DNA of 64,000 nucleotides from an uncultured delta proteobacterium. GTDB lineage: Bacteria; Myxococcota; Myxococcia; Myxococcales; Anaeromyxobacteraceae. The stretch lies in the NCBI GenBank assembly GCA_963845515.1, contig CAWJSR010000006.1, positions 64,001 to 128,000 on the forward strand, written 5' to 3'. Within the stretch, counting starts at the first letter, position 1. Every line of letters begins with the position of its first letter. The notes under the pieces are model-generated. The model saw nothing but the letters and a program-made list of their open reading frames with translations, was not told where the DNA came from and made no database searches. Shown one piece after another: positions 50,821 through 64,000 of the stretch. The position numbers and the translations under genes were made by a program.

Positions 50821-51803
50821 GGCGTCCCCACGGCGTGCGCGCGCAGGAGGCCGTGACGCAGGAGGAACGGCAGGACCTCGCCCTTCTCGATGATGGCCAT
50901 GTGATCGTGCTGCGAGCGCATGTAGAGGACGGGCGCCCTGCGCTCGGACTTGCGCAGGGCGCGCCCCTTCGCCGGCACCCGGGGCAGGAAGACCGCGCCG
51001 GGGCGGGAAGGGAGCCACGACTCGCTTCGCGCCGCAGTCTCGAGCCCAACCATCACGAGCCGCCGCTTCCCTCCCGGCGCGCCGTCGAGCCAGTCCGACC
51101 AGCTCTGCTCGGCCTGGTAGAAGCCGTCCAGGAGGACCACCTCCTGGATCCGCGGATCCGCGAGCCAGGGGACGATGCCGCGAAACCCACCGGAGTGGCC
51201 GGCCACCACGACGGGGCCGCCGGGGATCCTCACCTTCGCGAGCCGCTCCACGGTCGCGAGGAGCTCCTCTAGCGTGGGCCAGCAGGGCTCCTCACCGTTC
51301 CACGACGGGGCCTCTACCGCGAGGAAGAGCGCGTTGCGGCCGCTGCTGCGGAACTGCTCGGCGAGGCGGTGGTCGACCCACGCCTGGTCGACGTCGGTGT
51401 AGTAGCCGTGCAGGTAGACCACGGTGCCGGCGCCGCGGTGCCGGTAGCGGCGCGGGCGCCAGGCATGGATCGAGCCGCGCTCCGTGCCGAGGCGCAGGTG
51501 CTCACCGCGCCCTGTCCGGTCCTTCTGCACGGCCCCGACCGCTATTGGCGGGACGCGTGTCTGCGACCAGGGCGGCTGCGTCCGGTCCGGCTCCGGCAGC
51601 GTGCGGGCGGCCGCCGCTGGGCGCGGCGGAGGCTCGGGGACCGGGGACGGCTCCGGTGGGATGGCGACCCGTTGGGCGGCTGGGCGAGCGGCCCGCGTCG
51701 CCTTGCGCCCCGTCGCGGCGCAGCCGGCGAGGGCCGCCGCCGTGCATGCCGACAGCGCTGCGGCGAGGAAGGCGGCAGCGCGTCTCGCCTGCGCGCTCGT
51801 CAC
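50817..51803 (-). CDS. Putative alpha/beta-hydrolase lipoprotein
   Basis: LAGC lipobox, YLHG, GHSGG nucleophile elbow, LLDG and late His. Confidence 0.7.
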   Translation of the reverse strand: MTSAQARRAAAFLAAALSACTAAALAGCAATGRKATRAARPAAQRVAIPPEPSPVPEPPPRPAAAARTLPEPDRTQPPWSQTRVPPIAVGAVQKDRTGRGEHLRLGTERGSIHAWRPRRYRHRGAGTVVYLHGYYTDVDQAWVDHRLAEQFRSSGRNALFLAVEAPSWNGEEPCWPTLEELLATVERLAKVRIPGGPVVVAGHSGGFRGIVPWLADPRIQEVVLLDGFYQAEQSWSDWLDGAPGGKRRLVMVGLETAARSESWLPSRPGAVFLPRVPAKGRALRKSERRAPVLYMRSQHDHMAIIEKGEVLPFLLRHGLLRAHAVGTP

Positions 51804-53032
51804 GGCTTCGCGGTGGCTCCCGGTGCCGGCACCGCCGCCTTGCGGGTGACGAGCAGGTGGAACTGCTTCGCCGAGTCGATGTACCCGAACCGGAAGCCGA
51901 GCCTGTTCCTGGGGAACTGGCCCCAGAGCTGCCGGAAGTCCTCGTTGATCCGCTCGCTCGCCGGGAGGAAGGAGCCTGCGAAGGTCCCCCAGGTCTCCTG
52001 CACGAAGCCGGCGGACTTCGCGAGCCGCGGCGGCACGCCGGTCGAGTCCGAGACCATGAAGACCATGTTCGCGAGGAGATAGCCGCGAATCGCCGAGAAC
52101 GCATCGTTCCAGAGGAGGTAGCTCGCGGCCTTGGTCATCGCCACGATCGGCCTCTTCGCCTCGAGGAAGGCCAGGACGCCGGGGTTCTTCTTGAGGCCGG
52201 CGTCGGAGAGGTCGAACGCGACGTGCCGGTGGACGCGGCGCTCGGCGTCCGCGCCGGCGCCCTTCTTGACGAAGACGATCTCCGAGTTGGAGAAGGCGCG
52301 CGAGAAGTCCGGTGCCGTCCAGACCGCGCGCAGGAGCCTCGCGTTCTCCTTCTCCACCGCGGCGATGTCGGCCTGCGTGACGTAGTGGAGCGTTCCGTCG
52401 GGGTTGATCCAGAAGTAGCGGAGCGCCACCGGCTCGAAGCCGTGGACTGCCAGCCCCAGCATGAAGAAGGCGAGCTGGCCGGGGAGCTCGCCGCGCTGGC
52501 CCTTCATGAGGTTCGCCGTCTTGGAGTCGTTCGCGTTGAGCAGCCCCGAGGAGGTGGTGCGGATCAGCTCCAGGCTCTCGGCGAGCCTCTTAGCGTCGGC
52601 CAGGTCGGGGAGCCGGCGCGGGTCGCCCGCGTGCTCCAGCGAGAGGGTCGTCACGTCGCGCGCCTGCGGGTAGACGCTGAGCGCGGTCAGCAGGTCGCCT
52701 CCGCCGAAGGGGTAGACGACCGTCGTCGGGAGGTCGGCCGGCTCGAGCTTGCCGATGAAGGCGCTCGCGCCCGCCGCGTGCTTGCGGGCCGTCTCGATCG
52801 CCTTCGCCTGGCGCGCGCAGTATCCCGCGACGGTCCTTGCGTCCAGTCCGGGAGGCAGGGCGTCGCCGGTGCAGGCGACGAGGCGGTAGAGGGCCTTCGC
52901 CTGCTCGGAGAAGTCCATCGGCGCGTCGGCGACCTGGGGCGCGGGCGGCTGCGCGGACTGTCCGCAGGCGAGCGAGGGGAGCATGGCGACGGAGGCGGCC
53001 AGCGAGGCGACGCGCAGGAAGGAACTCGGCAT
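51800..53032 (-). CDS. Conserved hypothetical exported protein
   Basis: Signal ending SLAC; YPFGGGD, KAASYLLW, SDSTGVP and FGY motifs; coding-like codon usage. Confidence 0.7.
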   Translation of the reverse strand: MPSSFLRVASLAASVAMLPSLACGQSAQPPAPQVADAPMDFSEQAKALYRLVACTGDALPPGLDARTVAGYCARQAKAIETARKHAAGASAFIGKLEPADLPTTVVYPFGGGDLLTALSVYPQARDVTTLSLEHAGDPRRLPDLADAKRLAESLELIRTTSSGLLNANDSKTANLMKGQRGELPGQLAFFMLGLAVHGFEPVALRYFWINPDGTLHYVTQADIAAVEKENARLLRAVWTAPDFSRAFSNSEIVFVKKGAGADAERRVHRHVAFDLSDAGLKKNPGVLAFLEAKRPIVAMTKAASYLLWNDAFSAIRGYLLANMVFMVSDSTGVPPRLAKSAGFVQETWGTFAGSFLPASERINEDFRQLWGQFPRNRLGFRFGYIDSAKQFHLLVTRKAAVPAPGATAKP

Positions 53033-54413
53033 GGAAGCCATGTACCATGCCGCGGTGCCGCCGCCAGCCACCAAGAAGCTAGGAGTCCGCTCCGGGATTG
53101 GACTCGTCGCCGCCAACATGATCGGGGCTGGGGTCTTCCTCTCCGCGGGCTTCATGGCCCAGGACATGGCCCCCGGACCGCTCCTCCTCGCGTGGGTGGT
53201 CGGGGCGGTCCTCGCGCTCGCCGGCGCGCGCGCCTACGCGGAGATCGCGCGGCTCGTTCCGCGGTCGGGCGGCGAGTACCGCTACCTCTCGGTGCTGCTC
53301 CACCCGGCGCTCGGCTACCTCTCCGGATGGGGTTCGCTCCTCGTCGGCTTCTCCGCCCCGGTCGCGGCCGACGCCCTCGCCGCCGGCGGCTTCGCGAAGA
53401 CCCTCGTCCCCTGGTTGGACCCGCAGTGGACCGCGGCCGGGCTCATCGTGGTCCTAACCGCGCTGCACGTGGCCGGGCTCAAGACGAGCGCGCGGACGCA
53501 GAACCTCCTCATCGTCGCGAAGGCGGTGCTCATCGCCGGCTTCGTCTACGTCGGCCTCCGCTACGGCGCGAGCGCCTGGCCGACGTGGAGGCCGCCGAAC
53601 GACGCGGCGGGCTTCCCCGCGCTGCCGTTCGTCCACTCGCTCTTCTACATAGCGTTCGCCTTCTCGGGCTGGAACGCGGCGGTCTACGCGGCCGAGGAGT
53701 TCCGCGACCCGGCGCGGACGGTGCCGCGCGCCATGATGATCGGGACCGCCCTCGTCGCGGTGCTCTACCTGGTCGTGAACTGGATCTTCGTGGCCAACCT
53801 GACGCCCGCGCAGGCCTCGGTGGTCTTCCAGTACAAGAGCGCCCGCGTCACGCTGGGCCACGCCGTGGTCGCGGCGCTGGGTGGGCCCGGGTGGGCGTCG
53901 GTGATGTCCGCGGTCACCGTCGTGGTCTTCGTGTCTGCGATGAGCGCCATGATCTTCGTCGGCCCCCGCGTGTTCCAGGCGATGGCCCGCGACGGCTTCC
54001 TCCCGCGAGCCCTGGCTGGAGCGCCCGGCCGCCCGCCGGTCGTCTCCATCCTGCTGCAGAGCGTGCTCTCCCTGCTCTTCGTGGTCGTGTTCGGCGAGGA
54101 GCGACTGGACGACCTGCTGTCGAAGGTGGGCGCGATCCTCACCCTGTTCTCGGGGCTCACCGTGCTCGGGCTGGTGCGCGCCTGGCTCCGGCCGCTGCCG
54201 GCGCTGGGGGCGCTGGAGCGTCCCTCGCGGGTCAGCGTCGCGTCGGCGCTCGTCTACGTCGCGCTCGCGGGCTACATGCTCTGGTACGCCTTCCGCGGCG
54301 CGGTCAGCGTGCTGCCGTGGCTGGCCGTGATCTCGGCCTGTGCCCTCGGGGCGTGGGCGCTGACGGGCCGGGGGCGGGGTGCTGCAAGCCGGACGGAGGA
54401 GTTGCCGCCATGA
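53031..54413 (+). CDS. APC-family amino acid permease
   Basis: NMIGAGVF, PRSGGEYRYL, FSGWNAAVYAAEE and GPRVFQAMARDG; start uncertain. Confidence 0.9.
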   Translation: MEAMYHAAVPPPATKKLGVRSGIGLVAANMIGAGVFLSAGFMAQDMAPGPLLLAWVVGAVLALAGARAYAEIARLVPRSGGEYRYLSVLLHPALGYLSGWGSLLVGFSAPVAADALAAGGFAKTLVPWLDPQWTAAGLIVVLTALHVAGLKTSARTQNLLIVAKAVLIAGFVYVGLRYGASAWPTWRPPNDAAGFPALPFVHSLFYIAFAFSGWNAAVYAAEEFRDPARTVPRAMMIGTALVAVLYLVVNWIFVANLTPAQASVVFQYKSARVTLGHAVVAALGGPGWASVMSAVTVVVFVSAMSAMIFVGPRVFQAMARDGFLPRALAGAPGRPPVVSILLQSVLSLLFVVVFGEERLDDLLSKVGAILTLFSGLTVLGLVRAWLRPLPALGALERPSRVSVASALVYVALAGYMLWYAFRGAVSVLPWLAVISACALGAWALTGRGRGAASRTEELPP

Positions 54414-54697
54414 CCGACGAACAGGTTGCGCAGGTCGCGAGGGCTTACCAGGAGAAGCTGTCGCGCGAGGGGTACGAGCCCCACGCGATCGACTTCGACC
54501 GGACGACCGCGAGCTTCCCGAGGAGCCGTCAGCTCGAGCACGTCGCCTGGATGTGCAAGGACATCCAGGACCTGCTCAAGGCCGGCGACCGCGAGCGCGC
54601 GATGCGCCACCTCGGCTTCGCGCAGGGGGTGCTCTGGGTCCATGGCATCTACGCCGTGTCGGAGCTACGGGAGCAGAACCGGGCCCTGTCGCCATAG
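54410..54697 (+). CDS. Small hypothetical protein (HxxWM...RxLGFxQG motif)
   Basis: ATGA-coupled to the permease; LEHVAWMC...AMRHLGFAQGVLW...ELREQNR. Confidence 0.7.
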   Translation: MTDEQVAQVARAYQEKLSREGYEPHAIDFDRTTASFPRSRQLEHVAWMCKDIQDLLKAGDRERAMRHLGFAQGVLWVHGIYAVSELREQNRALSP

Positions 54698-54708
54698 GGG
54701 TTTCGCTG

Positions 54709-54790
54709 CCCTCTCCCCCAGCGGGCTCATGTCGAGCGGTTTCGAGACGCGGCGAGGACTCCGTTCGGCGACCGGCGGTGGGGAGAGAGG
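54709..54790. repeat. REP-like extended hairpin
   Basis: ccctctccccca ... tggggagagagg inverted arms. Confidence 0.55.
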
Positions 54791-54834
54791 TGGACGGTCT
54801 TCCGAAAGAAGGACCGGACGCCCGCTTCACTCAT

Positions 54835-56322
54835 GGTCCTTATTGGGTGGCCCAGGGGCGAAACGCAGGAAGTGCTTGACGCTGAGTGATGCGAAATGCG
54901 CTTCGCCGTTCCGGAGCGCGCGCAAACGCTCCCGTGCGCGCCTCGTCGTGGCCGCTGCTGGCGTCGGGGACGCACTCGTGGAGGCAGAAGGCCCTGCCTC
55001 GGAAATCGCGTCAGACCGCGAATACGGGCGTTTCACGGAGGGTCGAAATCACGTGAGACGATGTTCGCATGACCAGCGCACGCGAGCTTCTCCTCCCGCC
55101 TCCACGACCTCCTCAGCCGCGAGCAGTCGGCCCTCGCGGATTTCCTGCTCGCCCTCGCCGACTTCGACGCGAACCGGCGGTGGCAGGAGCCTCGGGTACA
55201 CGAGCCTGTTCCATTATCTGCACCGCGAGCTGGGCATGTCGAAGGGAGCCGCCCACTACCGCAAGACGGCCGCCGAGCTCATCCGGCGCGTCCCCGAGGT
55301 GGTCGAGCCCCTCCGGGAGGGGCTCCTCTGCATCACTAGCATCATAGAGCTGGCGAAGGTGCTCACGCCGGAGAACCGGGAGGAGGTCCTGCCGCGGTTC
55401 TTTCACCGGTCCCGGCAGGAGGCGAAGGCGGTGTCGGCGGAGCTGCGCCCGGCCGAGGTGGCGCCCCACCGGACCGTGATGACGGCGATGCCGATCCTTG
55501 CCTCGGCGGGAGCCCCGGTGGCGGCGGTTCAACCGGTTGAACTCGCGGTGACCCTTCCGGCCGCTCCCGCGGCGCCGATGCTTGCCCTCATGGACCCTCC
55601 CGCGTCTGCGCCGATGCCGCGAGTCCCTCCTCGGAGCACCGCCGAGCCGCTGACGGCGGACCTTCGGCGGCTCCACGTCACGGTCTCGAAGCGGTTCACC
55701 GAGAAGCTCGAGGCGGCCCGAGATGCGCTCTCGCACTCCCACCCGGGCGCCGACGTCGAGGCCATCCTCGAAGCAGGGCTCGACCTGCTCATCGAGCGGG
55801 CGGCGAAGAGGAAGGGGATAGTGGAGCGGCCGAGGAAGTACCCCGCTCCCGGCCGCTCCCCCGCTGGAGCGATGGAGAGGAGTCCCGTGGACGGCGAAGG
55901 GAGCCGGTCGCGGCACATCCCGGCTGCCGTGAGGCGGGAGGTCTGGACGCGCGACGGAGGGCGGTGCCAATTCAGGCTGGGGAGCGGCGAGATTTGCGGC
56001 TCGACTCACCGGCTCCAGTTCGATCACGTCCACCCGTTCGCCCTGGGTGGCGAGTCCAGCGCTCGGAATCTGACGTTGGCTTGTGCGGCCCATAACCTCC
56101 TCGCGGCGAGGCGGATCTTCGGCGACGCGCTCATGGACAGATTCGCGCCGCCGCGCGTTCCGGGGGCGACGCGCGACGCGCGGTGAGGCTCCGAGCCGGA
56201 GCGCGGCCGGGTCAGGGACGCTGCCCCGAAGCCTGTGACGCGCCCCGCTCGGTGCCTCCCACGTCGTGAGCCGCTTCTGGTGCGCTGACGGTCCGAGCGG
56301 GCGGAGACGCGACGATGGAGTC
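54835..56322 (+). mobile_element. Putative HNH-only element, copy 2 (left end degenerate, limits approximate)
   Basis: Upstream blocks and right arm are homologous to copy 1; only a short agcgggctcat remnant of the left arm remains at ~54720. Confidence 0.55.
55069..56186 (+). CDS. HNH endonuclease with N-terminal DUF222-like helical domain (copy 2), 5' frameshifts
   Basis: LGYTSLFHYLHRELGMS, EPLTADLRRLHVTVSK and RDGGRC...QFDHVHP...GG...NLTLACAAHN; paralog of 11163..12276. Confidence 0.85.
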
Positions 56323-56433
56323 GCGCGGCGGGGCGGGGGAAGGCCGGTGTAATCAATCATAAGCCCGCCAGGGAGGAGGCGCGCCGGGAGGCGCTGCGGC
56401 GGGTGAGGGGGCGGGTGGGGGGCGTGCCGCCCG

Positions 56434-57243
56434 CTACCAGTAGCGCTCGGCGTGGATCTGGCCGAGCTTGCCCTTCGCGTCGGCCACGAAGCCCTCGGCG
56501 ACCAGCATCGCCGTCACGTCGTCGATCATGGCCGGCGCGCCGCATAGGAAGACGTCGCTGTTCTCCGGCGTCGGCCGGAAGCCCCAGCGCTCGGCGAGCA
56601 GGCCCCGCCGCCAGACGTCCTGCACGTGGCCGGTCAACCCGCCCCACGGCACCGGCTCCTCCGCGGGCCTGCTCACTGTCGGGAGCCAGCTGAAGCGGGG
56701 GGAGAGCCGCTGCATCGTCGAGAGCTCTGCCGAGTAGGCGATGTCCCACGAGTGGCGCGCGCCCACTATGGCAGCGAAGCGCCGCTCGCCCGGCGCGGCG
56801 AGGTGGGTCCGGAGCATCGACATGTACGGGGCGAGCCCCGTGCCCGTCGCGATCATGACGAGGTGACGATCCGCGGCGACGTCCTTCAGCGTGAACATGC
56901 CGGTCGGCTTGTTGCTCAGCCAGAGCCGGTCGCCGGGCTGGAGCGCGAAGAGGCGGGGCGTGAACTCGCCGGAGCGGACGAGCGTCACGTAGAACTCGAG
57001 CTCGCCGTCCGACAGCGGCGACGAGGCGATGGAGTAGGCGCGGCGGATCAGCTTCGCGGGATCGGGCGGCTGCGGCTCGGGGTCCGAGAGCGGAACGCGC
57101 GGCGCGCCGGACGGGAGGCCGAGGACGACGAACTGGCCGGCCTTGAACTCCGGGAGCTTCCAGCCGTCCGGCGCGACCCGGATGATCACGAGGCCGCTGG
57201 CCGCTTCGATGCGATGCGTCACCACTGCGTTCAGGTCGGGCAT
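56434..57243 (-). CDS. fpr: Ferredoxin--NADP+ reductase (bacterial FPR type)
   Basis: FKAGQF, RRAYSIAS, GEFTPRL, ATGTGLAPY, LCGAPAMI and C-terminal ERYW. Confidence 0.9.
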   Translation of the reverse strand: MPDLNAVVTHRIEAASGLVIIRVAPDGWKLPEFKAGQFVVLGLPSGAPRVPLSDPEPQPPDPAKLIRRAYSIASSPLSDGELEFYVTLVRSGEFTPRLFALQPGDRLWLSNKPTGMFTLKDVAADRHLVMIATGTGLAPYMSMLRTHLAAPGERRFAAIVGARHSWDIAYSAELSTMQRLSPRFSWLPTVSRPAEEPVPWGGLTGHVQDVWRRGLLAERWGFRPTPENSDVFLCGAPAMIDDVTAMLVAEGFVADAKGKLGQIHAERYW

Positions 57244-57351
57244 GGCGCGGGCTCGTCAGTCGGGGACGGCGAGCCACCAGATCGTGTCATGCGACTCCAC
57301 GCCCGGGCAAGGTATCGGGCGGGGCGTGGAGCCGCAGCCGGCTCGGCCCGG

Positions 57352-58113
57352 TCACTGCGCGACCCAACCACCATCGACCGGCATCGGGATGCCGGTGACG
57401 AACGACGCCTCGTCGGTGCAGAGCCAGACGACCGCCGTCGCGATCTCCTCCGGCTTACCCAGCCGGCCCACCGGCTCGCCGGCGGCGAAGGCCGCCTCGC
57501 CCTCGGGCGTGCCGCCGGTGAAGCGGTCGACCATCGGCGTCTTGATGACGCCGGGGCAGACGGCGTTCACGCGGATGTTCTCCTTCGCGTACTCGAGGGC
57601 CGCAGTGCGCGTCAGCTGGATCACGCCCCCCTTGCTGGCGTTGTAGGCGGGCAGGCCGACGAAGCCGACGAGGCCGGCCACCGACGCGGTGTTGACGATG
57701 GCGCCACCGCCCTGCTTCAGCATCTGCGGGATCTCGTACTTCATGCAGAGCCAGACGCCCTTCAGGTTGATGGCGATCGTCCGGTCCCAGGTCTCCTCGG
57801 TGCAGTCGGCCGTCTTGGCCTGCTTGCCCTCGATGCCGGCGTTGTTGTGGGCGCAGTCGAGCCGCCCGAGCGCGGCCACGACGTCCTTGACCAGCTTCTC
57901 CACCTCGGCCGCCTTGGAGACGTCGCACCGGAAGAACCTGGCCGTGCCGCCCGCCTTCTGGATCAGCGCCACAGTCTCGTTGCCGGCGGCCTCCGTGACG
58001 TCAACCACCGCGACGGTCGCACCCTCCCGGGCGAAGGCGAGCGCGCTCTGCCTCCCGATCCCGGACGCGGCCCCCGTGACGAGCGCTACCTTCTTCTCCA
58101 GTCTTCCGGCCAT
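57352..58113 (-). CDS. Classical SDR oxidoreductase
   Basis: TGAASGIG, NNAGI, YNASK and IRVNAVCPG. Confidence 0.92.
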   Translation of the reverse strand: MAGRLEKKVALVTGAASGIGRQSALAFAREGATVAVVDVTEAAGNETVALIQKAGGTARFFRCDVSKAAEVEKLVKDVVAALGRLDCAHNNAGIEGKQAKTADCTEETWDRTIAINLKGVWLCMKYEIPQMLKQGGGAIVNTASVAGLVGFVGLPAYNASKGGVIQLTRTAALEYAKENIRVNAVCPGVIKTPMVDRFTGGTPEGEAAFAAGEPVGRLGKPEEIATAVVWLCTDEASFVTGIPMPVDGGWVAQ

Positions 58114-58257
58114 GGCTCGCTCCCTTCCCCCGAGGTCCCTCGGCGGGAAATGAACGTTCCGGGCACCCCGGGGCTACACTGAACGTTACAGCGCCTCCTG
58201 CCTCGGCGGCAGCCCCGGATGAGTGCGACCGCCCCAAGCGGAGCCACCAGACGTGAA

Positions 58258-58289
58258 GAGGCCCCGGTCGCTCGCGCGGCCGGGGCCTC
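58258..58289. terminator. Hairpin after mdh, likely terminator
   Basis: gaggccccgg...ccggggcctc inverted repeat. Confidence 0.6.
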
Positions 58290-58316
58290 CGTTGATCGAA
58301 TCGTCCGGCGCTCGAG

Positions 58317-59291
<975 letters not shown>

Positions 59292-59311
59292 CTAGTTCGA
59301 GTGCACTGCGG

Positions 59312-61533
<2,222 letters not shown>

Positions 61534-61840
61534 GTCGTCTCCTTGGGTTTCAAAATGTCCGCGATCGGGAACGTTCAGGTGTTCGAAGGCGATGCTTCTC
61601 TCCGTTGCCGGGACGCGGTCTCCGGCGGGGAGATGAAGCTCGGGCAACCGTGGGCTCGGGTTCTTCTGTGCAGGCCGTTCCCTGGAACTTGTGGAAGCTG
61701 CCTACAAACCAAATGTTGTCGGTGCTGTCCAGCGGATCACGCGGACGCCCGGGGGGTGCGCGTATTGGGCGCAGGAAAGGCTTCACCGGGAGGCAACGTT
61801 GCCGACCGGTGGAGTCCACTACCGCCCCTGACGTGGGCCG

Positions 61841-63464
61841 TCAGCCCCGCAGCCCCGGGGCCTCGCGCCCGGTCCGAGCCACGTATTCCCGGTAGCCGCC
61901 GCCGTAGGGATGGATCCCCTCCGGGGTCAGCTCCAGGACGCGGTTCGAGAGGGCACCCAGGAAGCGGCGGTCGTGGGAGACGAAGAGCATCGTCCCCTGG
62001 TAGGTGGCCAGCGCCTGGACCAGCATCTCGCGCGTGGTCGCATCGAGGTGGTTGGTCGGCTCGTCCAGCACCAGGAAGTTGGGCGGGTCGTAGAGGAGCT
62101 GGGCCAGCACCAGCCGGGCCTTCTCGCCGCCGGAGAGGACCCGGCAGCGCTTCTCGATCTCGTCGCCGGAGAAGCCGAAGCAGCCGGCCAGCGAGCGCAG
62201 CGAGCCGATCGAGGCGCGCGGGAAGGAGTCCGCCAGCGAGTCCCAGACCGTCTTGTCCGGCGAGAGGAGCTCCATCGCGTGCTGGGCGAAGTAGCCCATC
62301 TTCACGCTCGCCCCCACCACCACGGAGCCGGTGTCCGGCTGGCTCTCCCCGGCGATCATCTTGAGGAGCGTCGACTTGCCGGCCCCGTTCACGCCCAGGA
62401 CGCACCAGCGCTCGCCGCGCCGGACGAGGAAGTCGAGCCCGTCGTAGATCCTTCCGGGAGCCGTACGCCTTCTTCACGCCGGTGAGCTTCGCCACGTCCT
62501 CGCCGGAGCGGGGGGCGTCCCGGAACTCGAAGACGACCGTCTTGTGTCGCTTTGGCGGCTCCACCTTCTCGATCTTGTCGAGCTTCTTCACGCGCGACTG
62601 GACCTGCGCCGCGTGCGACGCGCGGGCCTTGAAGCGCTCGATGAAGGCATGCTCCTTCTTGAGCGTCGCCTGCTGACGGTCGTAGGCCGCCTGCTGGTGC
62701 TCGTCGGCGATCGCCCGCTCGCGCTCGTAGAAGTCGTAGTCGCCCGAGTAGCTGGTCAGCTCGCCGCCGTCGATCTCGATGATCTTGGAGACGATCCGGT
62801 TCATGAACTCGCGGTCGTGCGAGGTCATGAGGATCGCGCCCGCGTACCCCTGGAGGAAGTGCTCCAGCCAGATGAGCGACTCCAGGTCCAGGTGGTTGGT
62901 CGGCTCGTCCAGGAGCATCGCGTCCGGCCGCATGAGGAGGATGCGGGCCAGCGCCACGCGCATCTTCCAGCCGCCCGAGAGCGAGCCGACGTCGCCGTCC
63001 ATCATCTCGGTGGAGAAGCCGAGGCCGGCGAGGATCTCCCGCGCCCTGGCCTCGAGCGCGTAGCCCCCCAGCTCGTCGAAGCGGGCCTGGACGAGCCCGA
63101 ACCGCTCGACCAGGTCGTCCATCTCGTCGGCGCGCTCGGGATCGGCGAGCGCGTGCTCCAGCTCGTGCAGCTCCGCCGCCACCACCGAGACCGGCCCGGC
63201 GCCGTCCATCGTCTCGGACAGGGCGCTGCGCCCGCTCATCTCGCCGACGTCCTGGCTGAAGTGGCCGACCGTCACGCCGCGATCGACGGAGACCTGCCCC
63301 TCGTCCGGCTCCTCCTCGCGCATGACGAGCCGGAAGAGCGTGGACTTGCCGGCGCCGTTGGGGCCGACGAGGCCGACCTTCTCGCCGCGGTTCACGACGG
63401 CGGAGGCCTCCACGAAGAGGATCTGGTTCCCGTGCTGCTTTCCAATCGAGTCGAAGCGGATCAA
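61841..63464 (-). CDS. ABC-F family ATP-binding protein, frameshift near 62450
   Basis: Two ABC domains (GPNGAGKST/LSGGWKMR/LDEPTNHLD and NGAGKST/LSGGEKAR/LDEPTNHLD); no TM segments. Confidence 0.92.
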
Positions 63465-63515
63465 GGCGGGCGCTAACTACCACGCGGCGCCACCGCGACT
63501 CCACCCCGTGAGGGC

Positions 63516-63562
63516 TCCCCTCTCCCCCACCGGGGGAAGGGCAGGGTGAGGGTGAGGGGGGT
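63516..63562. repeat. REP-like palindrome
   Basis: cccctctcccccaccgggggaagggcagggtgaggg; same family as 40081. Confidence 0.65.
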
Positions 63563-63565
63563 CCC

Positions 63566-64000
63566 TCACGCCAGCTCGCACCCCGGATCGGCGAGCGCCG
63601 CGCGGTCGTGCAGCTCGCGGACGCGGGCCGCCTCGTCATCCACCCGGCCCGATCCCAGCTCCACGAGGAACCGGCAGGCGCCGTAGCCCCGGCTGCGCTC
63701 CCCGTACTCGGCCAGCCACCGGTCGCGAGCGCCCCGCTCCGCAGCCCCGGCAGCTGGCCACTCGTGCGGGATCCGCTTCATGCCGACGCGCCGTGCCTTT
63801 GGCGTCAGCCGCGCGCGGAAGCAGCCCTGGACCTGGCAGAGCTTCGTGTAGAGCGGGTCGGAGCCGAGGCCGTGGAGGAGCCGCCGGGCCTCGGGGCCAC
63901 GGGGATCGAGGAGGCGGTCCATAAGGAGCACCCTCAGGCCGGCGCGGGTCCGGTAGACGCGCGCTCGTGCCCCCGGCTCCTTCCGCACCCAGCGCTCCAC
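63566..64000 (-). CDS. Conserved hypothetical protein (5' partial)
   Basis: RVYRTRAGLRVL...DPLY..LC..Q.CFRARLTPK motifs; runs off the window edge. Confidence 0.7.
   Translation of the reverse strand: MERWVRKEPGARARVYRTRAGLRVLLMDRLLDPRGPEARRLLHGLGSDPLYTKLCQVQGCFRARLTPKARRVGMKRIPHEWPAAGAAERGARDRWLAEYGERSRGYGACRFLVELGSGRVDDEAARVRELHDRAALADPGCELA

Overview
Very GC-rich window whose gene content resembles Anaeromyxobacter (Myxococcota); this is an inference from the sequence, not a database result. The housekeeping backbone is hflX, proB-proA-rsfS, nifJ/PFOR, rlmH, gpmI, comF, hemW, fpr, mdh, monomeric icd and an ABC-F ATPase. Accessory modules are an ECF/anti-sigma/periplasmic-sensor/MacAB-type ABC operon, two CxxCH/CxxxxCH multiheme cytochrome lipoproteins, a Cys-rich lipoprotein pair, a DUF3857-transglutaminase pair and an IS1182-like element with CTAG target duplication. 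Many conserved genes carry single-base frameshifts, most likely long-read indel errors. The strongest candidate for an undescribed system is a pair of diverged ~1.6 kb elements (10803-12434 and ~54835-56322) encoding only a helical-domain/RHH-like/HNH protein. Copy 1 is bracketed by ~65-nt imperfect inverted arms whose outer mismatches are all G-U compatible. Both copies share conserved non-coding 5' and 3' flanks and an internal TTCA-N6-TGAA palindrome. A second candidate is a sigma54-driven, four-hairpin sRNA of ~170 nt with C-rich loops (48861-49032). No rRNA, tRNA or CRISPR array was seen.
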